A model generated the notes under the pieces. That model saw nothing but the letters and a program-made list of their open reading frames with translations, was not told where the DNA came from and searched no databases. Position numbers and translations under genes: made by a program. Shown here piece after piece: positions 1-10,712 of a stretch of 64,000 nt of DNA; the stretch's first letter is position 1, and each line of letters starts with the position of its first letter. Where the stretch lies: the NCBI GenBank assembly GCA_905478415.1, contig CAJQIG010000005.1, positions 1,598-65,597 on the forward strand. The letters are read 5' to 3'. Source of the DNA: an uncultured Patescibacteria group bacterium. GTDB lineage: Bacteria > Patescibacteriota > Microgenomatia > UBA1400 > PJMF01.

Positions 1-496
1 GCACTTCAGTGACTTTATAGGCACTTTGGAATGGACCGAGTACAGTTCCTGTAATTTTTTTTGTAAGAATCTCTTTTTTTCTCACCTTTTTTACCCGAGG
101 AAAAAGCTCATCTGTGATCTGAATATAGAGCGGGCTTTTATCGTCTTTGAGTAAGACGTTAAAGTGTGGCTGATAGGTTCGAATCAGCTCAGCTTCTACT
201 AGAAGAGCCTCGAGTTCACTTTCGAGCGTTTCGAATTTTAGTTGTTCAGCAGTAACGACTAATTGTTTGATCCGATGACTGAGTTGTTTAATTTGGGTGT
301 ATGATCGGACTCTATTCTTGAGGTTTTTTGCCTTGCCAACATAGAGGACGTTATCTTCGCTGTCTAAGAACCAGTACACTCCCGGCGATGAGGGTAAGGA
401 CGACAGCACTTCCTGCCATCGCAATAATGATGGTTTGGTCGGTGACGTAGCTGATGAAGGCTGGTCCTGAAGTGGCTTCGAGTGTTTTGTGTTCAT
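1..496 (-). CDS. uvrC: Excinuclease ABC subunit C (GIY-YIG N-terminal part), runs off the window edge; absent from the ORF track
   Basis: Manual translation gives LPSSPGVYWFLDSEDNVLYVGKAKNLKNRVRSY...ESELEALLVEAELIRTYQPHFNVLLKDDKSPLYI, the UvrC GIY-YIG signature. In-frame ATGs at 496 and 505; near uvrA/uvrB. Confidence 0.9.
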   Translation of the reverse strand, partial: MNTKHSKPLQDQPSSATSPTKPSLLRWQEVLSSLPSSPGVYWFLDSEDNVLYVGKAKNLKNRVRSYTQIKQLSHRIKQLVVTAEQLKFETLESELEALLVEAELIRTYQPHFNVLLKDDKSPLYIQITDELFPRVKKVRKKEILTKKITGTVLGPFQSAYKVTEV

Positions 497-2228
497 ATAC
501 TTCATTTGTTTCGGTGCTAATGCGTGGTTGTATTGTAACCTGCTTTGGCAACTGGAGACCATCTTGATATACCGTCAGCGTATATTTACGTTGTTCGTAC
601 GGCAGAATGCTCGGTATCTTGATGGTTTTATTTTTTTGTAGAGTTACAGAAGGATCTCTTGATTCAAACTCTAAAGATATATTGTACCAGGCCTGCTCTG
701 TCTGGTTAGTAATGATGGCTGTTACGAGTCCTGGCAGTGGTATTCCAAAGACACGCTTCGGAATGAGTGCTACCGAGAGGTTAGGTGTCGCTGCTGGGAA
801 TGTTTCTGCAAACGAGATGGTAACGTCTTTTGCCGCTTCATTTCCTGTTGATTTATAGCTGCCTGCAGGATATGGAGTAGTGCTCGAGTTACCATTAATA
901 GCAAACACAATGTGGTTGAGGTCGAAGTTTGAAAAATAGTCTATACCGCCAGTAGTGTCTCCCCAAGTTGGGTCTATCGGAATCCAGAGTTCTTTTTCTT
1001 CGTTCCAGTATTCTGGCCAAGCATGCAGGATATCCCCCTCAAAACTAGAAGGTCTGAGATCATCATTTTCGGCATAGCCATAGCCAGTATTTCTTCGGGC
1101 TGGGATAGCTGCTGCTCTGGCAAGGGTAATAAAGGTATCACTAAATTCTTGACAGACTGCTTGTTCTGGATTTTCAAAGGCTTCGACTGCTCCTTGTCGT
1201 GAACTACCCTCGCTTAAATCACCAGTGCTGTAGGTGAGTGTCTTGACGACGTAATCATACATTTCTTTAGGGGTGCGATATTTTCTTACTAGATCTTGGA
1301 TAAGTGGATCTTGTACTTCCCAATAGGTATCTGCTTGCAAACTTTGTGCAGAGGGACGTAGTACAGGGACAGAAAGATTGGGTGTCAGTGTGACTAAAAT
1401 AGTAGCATTGACATAGACGTTAGTGGCCGAAGCAGGACCCAGCTTGTAGGTAGCAATCCAGTTGCCATCAGCATCAGTTTTGATATCTTCTGGAGCTGGA
1501 TCAATATCTTGGATTGAGATTTTTTGAAATGAAGTATCGGGTGGAAGAGCAATTTGAGCTAGGGTAGTTCCACTGGTCGAGTTTTCAAGCTGGTATCTTA
1601 AAGTGGCTGCATAGATTTGTTTATCTCCAAAAATTGCGGTAATGGGTTTCCCTTTCAGGTCATCGTAGCCAAGCACAAAGTAGTTATCTTTCGTATTTGT
1701 TTTGTCTGGATCGGGATCAATTCTTGGAGGATAGCCATACTGCTCTGGAACATACAGCTCAGTAGTATGTTGCGTATAGTTTGAAGCTTCGGGAAGTTCG
1801 GGAATATGAAGTTCGAGGACCTTCCCTCCAATAGTGGCCAAGTTTGTGTTCGAGTACTCAATGATGAATTTTCTAGCTTTACCTTGACCAACAACTTCAT
1901 CTGGAAAATCAATGGCGATACTAGTGCCGGAGTTATCTTTAACGATGTTAGGAATCAATACCTGGTCATCGTATCTGACGATAACATTTTGTAGATCGGG
2001 GTAGCTGGTTTTGAGTGCATATTGGGTAAGAAAAATAGTTGGTTGTTTGTTTGTGACGATAAAGTTATGAGCAACTTTAGTGACGCCAACAGCATCAACT
2101 GTGTAGGTTGATTTGAGGGTAATGTCGAAATTTTCATTTGCTTGTATTTTTGGCGGTAGTGTTACAGCTAAGCTTACAATCCAGCAGAAAAAAATGGCTC
2201 TAAGGATAGCCTTTTTGAAAGTGCTCAT
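351..2228 (-). CDS. Exported/membrane-anchored transglutaminase-like protein
   Basis: Signal peptide from MSTFKK (ATG 2228), catalytic triad motifs AVCQEFS / LHAWPEY / PIDPTW, C-terminal TM helix followed by RQRR. Confidence 0.85.
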   Translation of the reverse strand: MSTFKKAILRAIFFCWIVSLAVTLPPKIQANENFDITLKSTYTVDAVGVTKVAHNFIVTNKQPTIFLTQYALKTSYPDLQNVIVRYDDQVLIPNIVKDNSGTSIAIDFPDEVVGQGKARKFIIEYSNTNLATIGGKVLELHIPELPEASNYTQHTTELYVPEQYGYPPRIDPDPDKTNTKDNYFVLGYDDLKGKPITAIFGDKQIYAATLRYQLENSTSGTTLAQIALPPDTSFQKISIQDIDPAPEDIKTDADGNWIATYKLGPASATNVYVNATILVTLTPNLSVPVLRPSAQSLQADTYWEVQDPLIQDLVRKYRTPKEMYDYVVKTLTYSTGDLSEGSSRQGAVEAFENPEQAVCQEFSDTFITLARAAAIPARRNTGYGYAENDDLRPSSFEGDILHAWPEYWNEEKELWIPIDPTWGDTTGGIDYFSNFDLNHIVFAINGNSSTTPYPAGSYKSTGNEAAKDVTISFAETFPAATPNLSVALIPKRVFGIPLPGLVTAIITNQTEQAWYNISLEFESRDPSVTLQKNKTIKIPSILPYEQRKYTLTVYQDGLQLPKQVTIQPRISTETNEVYEHKTLEATSGPAFISYVTDQTIIIAMAGSAVVLTLIAGSVLVLRQRR

Positions 2229-2269
2229 AGGAGTATTGTAACGCATTTGAGGTGTCTGAGTATGAAGAA

Positions 2270-3097
2270 TTAGATACTGCCTTGAATTTTTGCAAAGCAA
2301 AAAGTCCCACTATATGAGGTGAACGTGAATGCTGTTTCGTTAATCTCAAGAATAGAGTAGATTCCAGGATTATTTTCTGAAAAATTTTCAGCTGCGATGT
2401 TTTCTGAGAATGCTGGGTTTGAAATGTAGTGTGTACCAGTTATTTCTTGGTGGGTAAGTAAATGCACATGCGCATTGAGAAATAAGTTTGCAGATGAATT
2501 TGCAAAAAGTTCTCTTATTATATGTGCATTTTTGTAGTACATGCCTTCTGGTTCATTCTCAAAATAGAAGCTGCCCTTTGAGTCAATAGGAATCAAAGAA
2601 TAGTGGGAGAGGATAATAGTTGGCTTTTCTCTTTGGAGCGCTTCCTTTAACCACTGAATTTTTTCTGTCGAAAGAAAAGCCCCATCGTTTTCATCTAGCT
2701 CGAGATCAAGCCAGAGAATGGTATGTGGTCCCAAAGTTGTTGTTCCGAAAAAAGTTGGTTCTTCTTTCAGTGTGTTTGCATAGATAGAATCAATTTCTTT
2801 CGGGGAAAATGCTTTGAGCTCATGGTTGCCTAAGAGATGAAGCGTTGGTGTAGGAATTTTCTGAAGAAGCGAGAGTGTTTTTATAAGATTTTTTGTATCA
2901 ATAGTTTTGTCATAGGTATCTCTGAGTGCGTCACCCATGTGGACAACTAGGTCGGGAGCTAGCTCTGTAAACTTTGGAATAAGCGCTGTCAGTGTAGCTT
3001 CTGCTTGGGTGTTTGCTTGGCGTACAACTTCGGCATGAGTAGTTGAATTTCTAGATGTTCCAAGGTGGATATCACTGATGATGAGAATCTTTTGCAT
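2270..3097 (-). CDS. Calcineurin-like metallophosphoesterase
   Basis: Motifs SDIH, MGD, GNHE, SHY and AHVH. Confidence 0.85.
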   Translation of the reverse strand: MQKILIISDIHLGTSRNSTTHAEVVRQANTQAEATLTALIPKFTELAPDLVVHMGDALRDTYDKTIDTKNLIKTLSLLQKIPTPTLHLLGNHELKAFSPKEIDSIYANTLKEEPTFFGTTTLGPHTILWLDLELDENDGAFLSTEKIQWLKEALQREKPTIILSHYSLIPIDSKGSFYFENEPEGMYYKNAHIIRELFANSSANLFLNAHVHLLTHQEITGTHYISNPAFSENIAAENFSENNPGIYSILEINETAFTFTSYSGTFCFAKIQGSI

Positions 3098-3121
3098 ATA
3101 CAGAAAGTATACCAGATCAAA

Positions 3122-6091
3122 TTACTTCATGGCCTCAAACTCGGTTTTGAGGTATTCTCCAGTTGCAGAGTTGGGATTATCAGCAATATTTCGTGGAGTG
3201 CCGGTAGCCACAATTTCTCCACCGTAAATGCCCCCTTCTGGACCTAAATCAATAACCCAATCCGCATTTTTAATGACATCTAAATTATGTTCGATAGTAA
3301 TGACCGTATTGTTTTGTTCGACCAGTTGATCAAGCACCTCGAGCAGTTTTTGAACATCTTCAAAGTGGAGTCCCGTGGTCGGTTCATCGAGTAAGTAGAC
3401 GACATGCTCATGTGTTTTTGTAGAAAGTTCTTTGGCAAGTTTGACTCTTTGCGCTTCTCCTCCACTTAGGGTTGGAGCTGGTTGTCCAAGCTCAATATAT
3501 CCCAGACCGACAGCCTGTAGGGTTTTGACTTTTTTCCGGATGGTTCCATGGTTGATAAAGAAGTCGACAGCCTCGTCAACGCTCATGTGGAGGACATCAC
3601 TTATTGATTTATCTTTGTATTTTATTTCGAGTGTATCTTCGTTATAGCGAGCACCATGACAGACATCACAGGTGACATAGACATCAGGTAAAAATTGCAT
3701 TTCAATTTTAAGTTGTCCATCTCCTTGGCAGGCTTCGCAACGACCACCTTTCACATTGAAACTAAAGCGACCTGGTCCAAAGCCACGCATTTGGGCGTCT
3801 TTGGTGTTGGCAAAAACTTTTCGAACATAGTCAAAGATCTTAGTGTAAGTAGCTGGATTTGATCGTGGAGTTTTGCCAATTGGACTCTGATCAATCATGG
3901 TGACACGTTTGACGATGTCGGGTACAGTAATTGAGGTAATTGGTCCTGGAGCGCCATCAGTCATTTTACCGAGGTGCTTACGGAGGTGTTGATAGAGAGT
4001 GTCGTGCAGCAACGTTGATTTACCAGACCCAGAAATTCCTGAAATACAGACAAATTTGCCCAAGGGGAATTCGGCATCAACATTTCTCAGATTGTGTTGG
4101 TTAGCACCGGTAATTCTAATAGATCTGCCTTGGGAACCTGGAATGGCATCGTCAGAAACAATTTTTCGTTCAGATTTCTTTCCGTAGAGACTCTTTCGCA
4201 GGACATCTTTTTTACGAGAAAGATATTTAGCTGTTAGAGACTTTTTATTTTTGAGAAGTTCTTCTGGAGTGCCTTCAGCTACAATTTCACCACCGAGTTT
4301 GCCCGCCAGTGGTCCAAAGTCGAAGACATAATCTGCGGCTAGCATGATATCGCGATCATGTTCGACCACAATAACGGTATTTCCCTTTTTCTGTAAGTTC
4401 TGAAGTGTTTTGATGAGGCGATGGTTGTCTCGTTGGTGGAGGCCAATTGTCGGTTCGTCGAGAATGTATAAGACTCCAGTCAAGCCAGTGCCAATTTGTG
4501 ACGCTAAGCGGATCCGTTGGGCTTCACCACCAGCGAGCGTTGCAGCTTCGCGGTTCAGACTTAAGTAGTTCAGGCCGACTGATTTTAAGAAGTGTAATCG
4601 GGCGCTGATTTCTTTAATAATTGACTCACCGATAAAGCGTTCTTTTTCGTTGAGAATTTCCTTTTCTCTGAGAGTATTGACCCAAGCTAGACACTCATCG
4701 ATAGGTAAGGTAGTGATTTCGGCGATAGTTTTACCATCAATATGGACACTCAGAGCTTCTTCTTTCAGTCGAGTTCCTTTACAAGTTGCACAGGTTTGTT
4801 TGAGCATGTAGGCCTGAATTTCTTTTCGAATGTAGTCACTGTCTGTTTCGTGATATCGGCGCTCTAGATTAGTGATGAAGCCTTCAAATTGTTCGTGAAT
4901 GACTGTTTGTCGGCCAAAGCGGTTTTCTCCTTCGACTTTATAAACCTTGTCACTGCCGTGTAGGAGCGTTTTTTGAAATTTTGGTGAAAATTCTTCCCAG
5001 GGGGTTTTTCTAAAATCAAACCCAGCTTCTTCGACTACCGTGGTAACTAGTCGTGCCCACCAAGTATCATTACTGAGCATTCGAGCAAACGGAATGATGG
5101 CTCCTTCACTCAGTGTCAGACTTTGAGCAACAATGGTTGATTCGTCAATTTTAAGGAGTGTTCCCAAACCGTTACAATCTGGACAAGCACCATGAGGTGA
5201 GTTAAATGAAAAAAGCCGAGGTTCAAGTTCTGGAATCGAAATACCACAGTCACTACACGCTCGTTTTTCGCTAAAGAGTCGATCTCTGAATTCAGTGGGT
5301 TTATCTGGAAACGAAAGAGATGCATCATCAACCAGTGAGAACATAACTAAACCATCAGCAAGTTGGAGTGATTCTTCTACTGCAACTGCAATTCGATGTC
5401 GAAGTTTTTTCCGTTCTGCGTCATCTTTCAGTTGTTTAGAGCTAATGACTCCCCGTTCGATGACAACTTCGATAGAGTGTTTATTATTCTTAAGGAGATT
5501 TAATTCTTCTTCAAGATCATACATGCGTCCATCAATTCGAACTCGGCGATATCCTTTTTGCTGTAAGGTGTCAAACAGCCCAGAAAACTCACCTTTTTTA
5601 TCTCGAACTACAGGTGAAAAGACCATAAATCGAGTTGGTTGACCATTTTTTTCGAAATCAAAGATATCCATGATGTGAGACACAATTTGGTCTGTACTTT
5701 GAGTGGCAACCTCGAGTCCACAGTTTGGACAGTGTGGGTGCCCTACTCTGGCGTAAAGGAGACGTAAATAATCATATATTTCTGTGATGGTTCCTACGGT
5801 CGAACGAGGGTTATGTGAAGTAGTCTTTTGGTCAATAGAAATCGCAGGAGAAAGTCCATCAATTTGATCAACTTCTGGTTTTTGCATGACTCCTAGAAAT
5901 TGACGAGCATAGGAGCTCAGACTTTCAACGTACCGGCGTTGCCCTTCTGCATACAGTGTGTCAAAGGCAAGTGAACTCTTACCACTGCCAGAAAGCCCTG
6001 TAAAGACAACCAACTTATTTTTTGGAATAGTCAGGGATATGTTTTTGAGGTTATGCTCTTTGGCACCAGTAACGGTAATGTTTTGTTCCAT
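3122..6091 (-). CDS. uvrA: Excinuclease ABC subunit A
   Basis: Two ABC ATPase modules ([26 protein letters not shown]), zinc fingers, [12 protein letters not shown]. Likely start MEQNITV at 6091. Confidence 0.98.
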   Translation of the reverse strand: MEQNITVTGAKEHNLKNISLTIPKNKLVVFTGLSGSGKSSLAFDTLYAEGQRRYVESLSSYARQFLGVMQKPEVDQIDGLSPAISIDQKTTSHNPRSTVGTITEIYDYLRLLYARVGHPHCPNCGLEVATQSTDQIVSHIMDIFDFEKNGQPTRFMVFSPVVRDKKGEFSGLFDTLQQKGYRRVRIDGRMYDLEEELNLLKNNKHSIEVVIERGVISSKQLKDDAERKKLRHRIAVAVEESLQLADGLVMFSLVDDASLSFPDKPTEFRDRLFSEKRACSDCGISIPELEPRLFSFNSPHGACPDCNGLGTLLKIDESTIVAQSLTLSEGAIIPFARMLSNDTWWARLVTTVVEEAGFDFRKTPWEEFSPKFQKTLLHGSDKVYKVEGENRFGRQTVIHEQFEGFITNLERRYHETDSDYIRKEIQAYMLKQTCATCKGTRLKEEALSVHIDGKTIAEITTLPIDECLAWVNTLREKEILNEKERFIGESIIKEISARLHFLKSVGLNYLSLNREAATLAGGEAQRIRLASQIGTGLTGVLYILDEPTIGLHQRDNHRLIKTLQNLQKKGNTVIVVEHDRDIMLAADYVFDFGPLAGKLGGEIVAEGTPEELLKNKKSLTAKYLSRKKDVLRKSLYGKKSERKIVSDDAIPGSQGRSIRITGANQHNLRNVDAEFPLGKFVCISGISGSGKSTLLHDTLYQHLRKHLGKMTDGAPGPITSITVPDIVKRVTMIDQSPIGKTPRSNPATYTKIFDYVRKVFANTKDAQMRGFGPGRFSFNVKGGRCEACQGDGQLKIEMQFLPDVYVTCDVCHGARYNEDTLEIKYKDKSISDVLHMSVDEAVDFFINHGTIRKKVKTLQAVGLGYIELGQPAPTLSGGEAQRVKLAKELSTKTHEHVVYLLDEPTTGLHFEDVQKLLEVLDQLVEQNNTVITIEHNLDVIKNADWVIDLGPEGGIYGGEIVATGTPRNIADNPNSATGEYLKTEFEAMK

Positions 6092-6127
6092 AGGACTTTT
6101 TTCTTTTTTTATCGAGTCACCATTATA

Positions 6128-6143
6128 CCGAATAAAGTCCGAC
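6128..6143 (-). promoter_or_regulatory. Putative LexA box upstream of uvrA (GTCGG-N6-TTCGG)
   Basis: Plus strand CCGAATAAAGTCCGAC has the same direct-repeat spacing as the site upstream of lexA. Confidence 0.7.
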
Positions 6144-6216
6144 ATTAGGAGGGTCATCTTTTGTAAAATATACTTTTGGGTGGAAAGAACATGAAAGTAT
6201 GGCATACTAGAGGTAT

Positions 6217-6702
6217 ATGGGAGAAACAGAGGGATTATTACGGTTCGTGACCACTGAAGAAGGTAGAGCGGAACTACAAAGAATCAAAAGTGGTACACAA
6301 CAGTTGCCAAATAAAGAGCTTCAGCAAGAAGTTTCGGGTGAAGCTGTAGTATTCCCCACCGCTGGGGAGTATCCTCCAGATGCATCACTAGAATTTTTCT
6401 TTACCAATCCAGACTTGCAAAAATATCGAGATGCAGTCAGCGCTGGAGTCGACAATTTTGCTTCAGAAGCACATAACTATAGAACTGCAAAACTAGCCAA
6501 AGAACATGGTGTCTCAGGCGCTCGTGTACTCCATTTGCTTGACGTCTTAGAAAGAACCAATGGTTTGGATCCATTGAACTTAACGCATGTGTTATTTGGA
6601 TTACATTTTATAAAAGATGTCGTTGATCAAGCTGTATTTCCAAAGTTAGTGGTAAATGCACAAAAGAAACAACAGCTTTTAAAGATGCAGGAAGCTTCTT
6701 AA
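6217..6702 (+). CDS. Hypothetical protein
   Basis: 161-aa ORF filling an intergenic gap; no recognised motif. Confidence 0.65.
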   Translation: MGETEGLLRFVTTEEGRAELQRIKSGTQQLPNKELQQEVSGEAVVFPTAGEYPPDASLEFFFTNPDLQKYRDAVSAGVDNFASEAHNYRTAKLAKEHGVSGARVLHLLDVLERTNGLDPLNLTHVLFGLHFIKDVVDQAVFPKLVVNAQKKQQLLKMQEAS

Positions 6703-6713
6703 AAATGTTTGTT

Positions 6714-7028
6714 TTATTTTGGAATCTTTTTAATTCCTTGTAGTCCCCAAATAGTCAGTATTCCAATGATCCCTTTCAGGATATAGAAACCATTTGGATC
6801 CAAGAAATCCTCTGTCATCTTTGTCATCTGCCCAAAGAGCAAATGAATCAGAATACTCAGCGGCAAAGTCAATAGTAACCAATTTTTTTTAGGTACCGAA
6901 ATATGAAACTTTGAGAAGAGTTTGGAAAGCAATGGAGCTAGGAGGGCGACTCCTATAAAAGAAGCTGCAAAATCAAAAATGGCATACCCGGCTATACGAA
7001 ACTGACGAAGGTACTCTACGGTGAACAT
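6714..7028 (-). CDS. Small membrane protein (3 TM)
   Basis: Three hydrophobic segments; co-oriented downstream of uvrB and the pentapeptide gene. Confidence 0.75.
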   Translation of the reverse strand: MFTVEYLRQFRIAGYAIFDFAASFIGVALLAPLLSKLFSKFHISVPKKNWLLLTLPLSILIHLLFGQMTKMTEDFLDPNGFYILKGIIGILTIWGLQGIKKIPK

Positions 7029-7066
7029 ACTAACTTTCTGTTACTCAACACATTGATGAGTACAGG

Positions 7067-7654
7067 CTATTGTACTTCAATTCCATAGCCAACCAGCAGG
7101 GCCAAAACTTCTGGCTGTGAAAAGATGGCTTTTTTTACTTTATTTTGATTGGGATCAATACTATAGTTCTTGGCACCTACAAAAGATGTTTTTTGAAGAT
7201 TTGAGCTTTGAAATATAGTTTTTTCGAGATCAGATCCGGCAAAAGTACTGCCTTCTAGATTTGTGTTTACAAAATCACATTCTTTGATAACGCAGTCAAT
7301 AAAAAAGCTTTTTTTAATGCTTAATTCACTAAAGTTACACAGTTCAATCTTGCACTCTTCGAACTTCCAATTGAGCAGTAAAGTATTGAGGCGTGAAAAG
7401 ATTGTACCTAAAAACTTACAGTTTTTAAAAGTAACTTCTTGAAAGCTGCAGTTGTCAACAATAATGTTTGAAAGATTGCAGTTTTGAAATACACAATCGG
7501 AAAATGTTGTGTTTGAGATAGTACTTCCGGTAAAGTCACAGGCTTTGAACGCACAGTCTGAAAATTCTTTTTGAGTTACATCTGTAGCAAGCTCAGAGAG
7601 CTTTTGAAAGTGTGCATTGGTATAGCTATCTTTTGTAAGTTTTGTAGGAATCAT
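7067..7654 (-). CDS. Pentapeptide repeat protein (Qnr/MfpA-like fold)
   Basis: Continuous (A/C/S)xFxx pentapeptides; abuts the uvrB stop codon. Confidence 0.9.
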   Translation of the reverse strand: MIPTKLTKDSYTNAHFQKLSELATDVTQKEFSDCAFKACDFTGSTISNTTFSDCVFQNCNLSNIIVDNCSFQEVTFKNCKFLGTIFSRLNTLLLNWKFEECKIELCNFSELSIKKSFFIDCVIKECDFVNTNLEGSTFAGSDLEKTIFQSSNLQKTSFVGAKNYSIDPNQNKVKKAIFSQPEVLALLVGYGIEVQ

Positions 7655-9913
7655 TTACTCAAGTTCCTTGATAGTATCTCTGAGAATGGCGGCTAGCTCA
7701 AAGTCCATATCTTTAGCCGCTTGGTTCATGCGTCGACGAAGTTTTGTGGCCATAGAGCGTTTATCGTATGGGGTCATGTCTGCAGGTTTTATTTTTGCAA
7801 TATCAACTTGCTCTGTTTTATTAAGTGCAATCAGAAGTTTAGCAGCCTTAGGCTGTTCTTTTCTTTTATCATCTTGTTTCTTTTTGAGCAGTCGTTTTCG
7901 GATGGGTTTGCTGATGGTTTCGGCAGTAATACCGTGTTCTTTGTTGTATGCAACTTGAATAGTTCGGCGACGGAGGGTTTCTTCGATAGCAGCTTTCATT
8001 GAGCGGGTATATTTGTCTGCATAGAGGATGGCGTGGCCCTCAATGTGTCTAGCTGCTCGGCCGATAGTTTGAGTCAGAGCTGTTTGTGACCGTAGGAATC
8101 CCTCTTTATCTGCATCTAAAATAGCTACCAAAGTAACTTCGGGTAAATCAAGGCCTTCTCTCAGGAGATTGATTCCGACCACAACGTCATAGACCCCTCG
8201 GCGTAAATCGTCGAGAATATCAGAGCGCTCTAGTGTTTCAATGTCTGAGTGAAGATAGGCAACTTTTGGGTATTCTAGTGGAGTGGAAATTTCATGAGTT
8301 GTTTGAAGGTGTCGATAGTACTTGTTTTCGATCGGGCCGACTTCCATTTGGGCCACTGGTAGCTCTGGGCTTTCCCAAATAGTTTTTTCAGGCTGGATGT
8401 CATTTTTAGTTTTTATTTTTCTTTCTTGCCAGCTGGCGAACAGCGAATCAATCTTTTGAGTGTCATTGAGATACTCGGTTAATGCTTCAGCCATTTTTTT
8501 GGTGAGAGTCGTTACTAATGTTCTCTGCCCCAATTGTTTGCGAGCAATAATTTCAATGACCAGATCTTCAATTTGATTTTTAATCGGGCGAAGTTCAATA
8601 TTTGGATCAATCAGTCCTGTTGGACGAATAATTTGTTCGATGGCTTTGTTTTCTGAAAAAGAAAGTTCTAAGGGTTGTGGAGTGGCCGATATGTAGCACA
8701 TGGTTTTGGTTCTCTCCATGAATTCATCGAAAGTGAGCGGACGGTTGTCGAGCGCGCTGGGCAGTCGAAACCCATACTCAATCAATGTTTCTTTTCGAGC
8801 ACGGTCTCCATTGTGCATGCCTCGGATTTGAGGGAGTGTCATATGACTTTCGTCAATCATAGTAAGAAAGTCACCATCTCCAAACTCTGTAGCATTATGT
8901 TGGAAATATTCTAGTAGTGTGTAGGGGGCGGAGCCAGGTTTACGACCATCAAAATGGCGTGAGTAGTTTTCAATACCATTTGTAAAACCAAATTCTTCAA
9001 TCATCTCCAAGTCGTAGTTAACTTTTTGTTCGAGGCGATAAGCTTCAATAATTTTTTCTTGGGTCCTGAGCTCATGCAATCGTTTTGCCAAGTCACTGCG
9101 AATTTCTTTGACTCCCTCAACTTGTGAAGTCTTGTTGAGCATATAGTGTTTTGCTGGAAATATAATGAATTCATCTCGGGCTGCGTGACTTTGTCCAGCA
9201 GCTTGATTTGAAGGTACTACTCTTTTACCACTAATGGGATCAATCCAAAAAATTGATTCAATGGTGTTTTCAAAGAAGTCGATTCTTAGTGCTCTATCCT
9301 CGTAGGCAGGCCAGAGTTGCAGACTGTCTCCGCGCAGGCGATAGGTCCCACGCCTAAAATCGGTGGTAGTGCGTTCATACTGTAAGTTGGTGAGTTGTAG
9401 AAACAGTGTTTCGCGAGCGATAATCTCGCCAATGGCGATTCTCAGCATCTGTTTACCATACTCAACTGGGGAACCAAGATTATAGATACATGATACAGAG
9501 GCAATGACAATGGAGTCGGGTCGAGTTAGGAGGTTAGTAGTTGATGCCAGGCGGAGTTTATCAATTTCGTCGTTAATAGTAGCTTCTTTTTCGATGTAGG
9601 TATCAGTGGTGGGCATGTATGTTTCAGGCTGGTAGTAGTCGTAGTACGAAACAAAGTAACTGACGGCATTATTTGGAAAGAAGTCTCGAAACTCTTGATA
9701 TAACTGAGCAGCTAAGGTTTTATTATGAGCGATTACAAGAGTAGGCTTCTGAATTTTTTCGATCACATTAGCCATAGTGAATGTTTTACCTGAGCCGGTT
9801 ACACCCAACAAAGTTTGGTGACGTTTTCCATCCGAGATACCCGCCACAAGGTCTTTAATAGCTTGGGGTTGATCTCCGGTTGGATGAAATGGTGAGTGGA
9901 GCTCGAACTTCAT
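7655..9913 (-). CDS. uvrB: Excinuclease ABC subunit B
   Basis: GVTGSGKT, YYDYYQPE beta-hairpin, DESH, QTIGRAAR, C-terminal UVR (FELAAILRD). Confidence 0.98.
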   Translation of the reverse strand: MKFELHSPFHPTGDQPQAIKDLVAGISDGKRHQTLLGVTGSGKTFTMANVIEKIQKPTLVIAHNKTLAAQLYQEFRDFFPNNAVSYFVSYYDYYQPETYMPTTDTYIEKEATINDEIDKLRLASTTNLLTRPDSIVIASVSCIYNLGSPVEYGKQMLRIAIGEIIARETLFLQLTNLQYERTTTDFRRGTYRLRGDSLQLWPAYEDRALRIDFFENTIESIFWIDPISGKRVVPSNQAAGQSHAARDEFIIFPAKHYMLNKTSQVEGVKEIRSDLAKRLHELRTQEKIIEAYRLEQKVNYDLEMIEEFGFTNGIENYSRHFDGRKPGSAPYTLLEYFQHNATEFGDGDFLTMIDESHMTLPQIRGMHNGDRARKETLIEYGFRLPSALDNRPLTFDEFMERTKTMCYISATPQPLELSFSENKAIEQIIRPTGLIDPNIELRPIKNQIEDLVIEIIARKQLGQRTLVTTLTKKMAEALTEYLNDTQKIDSLFASWQERKIKTKNDIQPEKTIWESPELPVAQMEVGPIENKYYRHLQTTHEISTPLEYPKVAYLHSDIETLERSDILDDLRRGVYDVVVGINLLREGLDLPEVTLVAILDADKEGFLRSQTALTQTIGRAARHIEGHAILYADKYTRSMKAAIEETLRRRTIQVAYNKEHGITAETISKPIRKRLLKKKQDDKRKEQPKAAKLLIALNKTEQVDIAKIKPADMTPYDKRSMATKLRRRMNQAAKDMDFELAAILRDTIKELE

Positions 9914-9944
9914 ATCGGGCTATTATAACTTGAAACTGGTATAA

Positions 9945-10709
9945 TTGCGAAAAATGCACGTAACTGCGATTAAAACCCCTCGGCTTTTTGTGAATGACAA
10001 CCTTCTTGGTGTGATTTCGACAACTATTCCCCAATCGGCACTATCCGAACGGAGCGTTTTGGTTGTTACCTCTAAGGTAGTAGCCTTGTGGGAAGGGGCT
10101 GTAGCTGAAATTCCTCGCACAAAGGAAGAAAAACACAAATTAATTCAATCAGAGTCACAACTGTATACCAAACCAACGTCATCAAAATATGATTTGATGT
10201 TAACGGTTCGAGATGATGTTTTGGGAGTGAATGCCGGTATAGATGAATCAAATGTAGCTGAAGGTTTTGTGTTGTTACCAGAAAATTCCTATCAGTCCGC
10301 GGCACATATTTGGCAGTTTTTACGAAAGCAGTATGGACTGCGTGAAGTAGGAGTAATTATTACAGATAGTGTCTCTATGCCACTACGATGGGGCGTAGTT
10401 GGTAGATCCTTAGGTCATTGTGGGTTTAAAGCAATAAAGAGTCGTATTGGCGAAAAAGATCTTTTTGATCGTGAAATTACCATGACTCAAATGGCTGTAT
10501 CACAAGCATTAGCGACAGCTGCAGTGTTCGAAATGGGAGAAGTGGCTGAGTCCACTCCACTCTGTATTCTCACTGAGATCCCACACATAGAGTTTCAGGA
10601 CGCACCACCTTCAAAAGAAGAAATTGATACCTATAAAATAGCTCTTGAAGATGATGTATATGCGCCACTTCTTATGAATGCACGGTGGCAGAAAGGGCAA
10701 AAGGTATAA
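9945..10709 (+). CDS. CofE-like gamma-glutamyl ligase (F420-0:L-glutamate ligase family)
   Basis: Motifs VTSKVV, NAGIDESN, VIITDS...PLRWG and MGE..E.TP. Confidence 0.85.
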   Translation: MRKMHVTAIKTPRLFVNDNLLGVISTTIPQSALSERSVLVVTSKVVALWEGAVAEIPRTKEEKHKLIQSESQLYTKPTSSKYDLMLTVRDDVLGVNAGIDESNVAEGFVLLPENSYQSAAHIWQFLRKQYGLREVGVIITDSVSMPLRWGVVGRSLGHCGFKAIKSRIGEKDLFDREITMTQMAVSQALATAAVFEMGEVAESTPLCILTEIPHIEFQDAPPSKEEIDTYKIALEDDVYAPLLMNARWQKGQKV

Positions 10710-10712
10710 CCA

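Noticed and set aside
6092-6205. N-terminal extension of UvrA in the ORF track
   Set aside because: It covers the putative LexA box and promoter; homology begins at MEQNITV.
8267-8467. UvrB insertion as an intein
   Set aside because: No N-terminal Cys/Ser block or C-terminal His-Asn, and too short.
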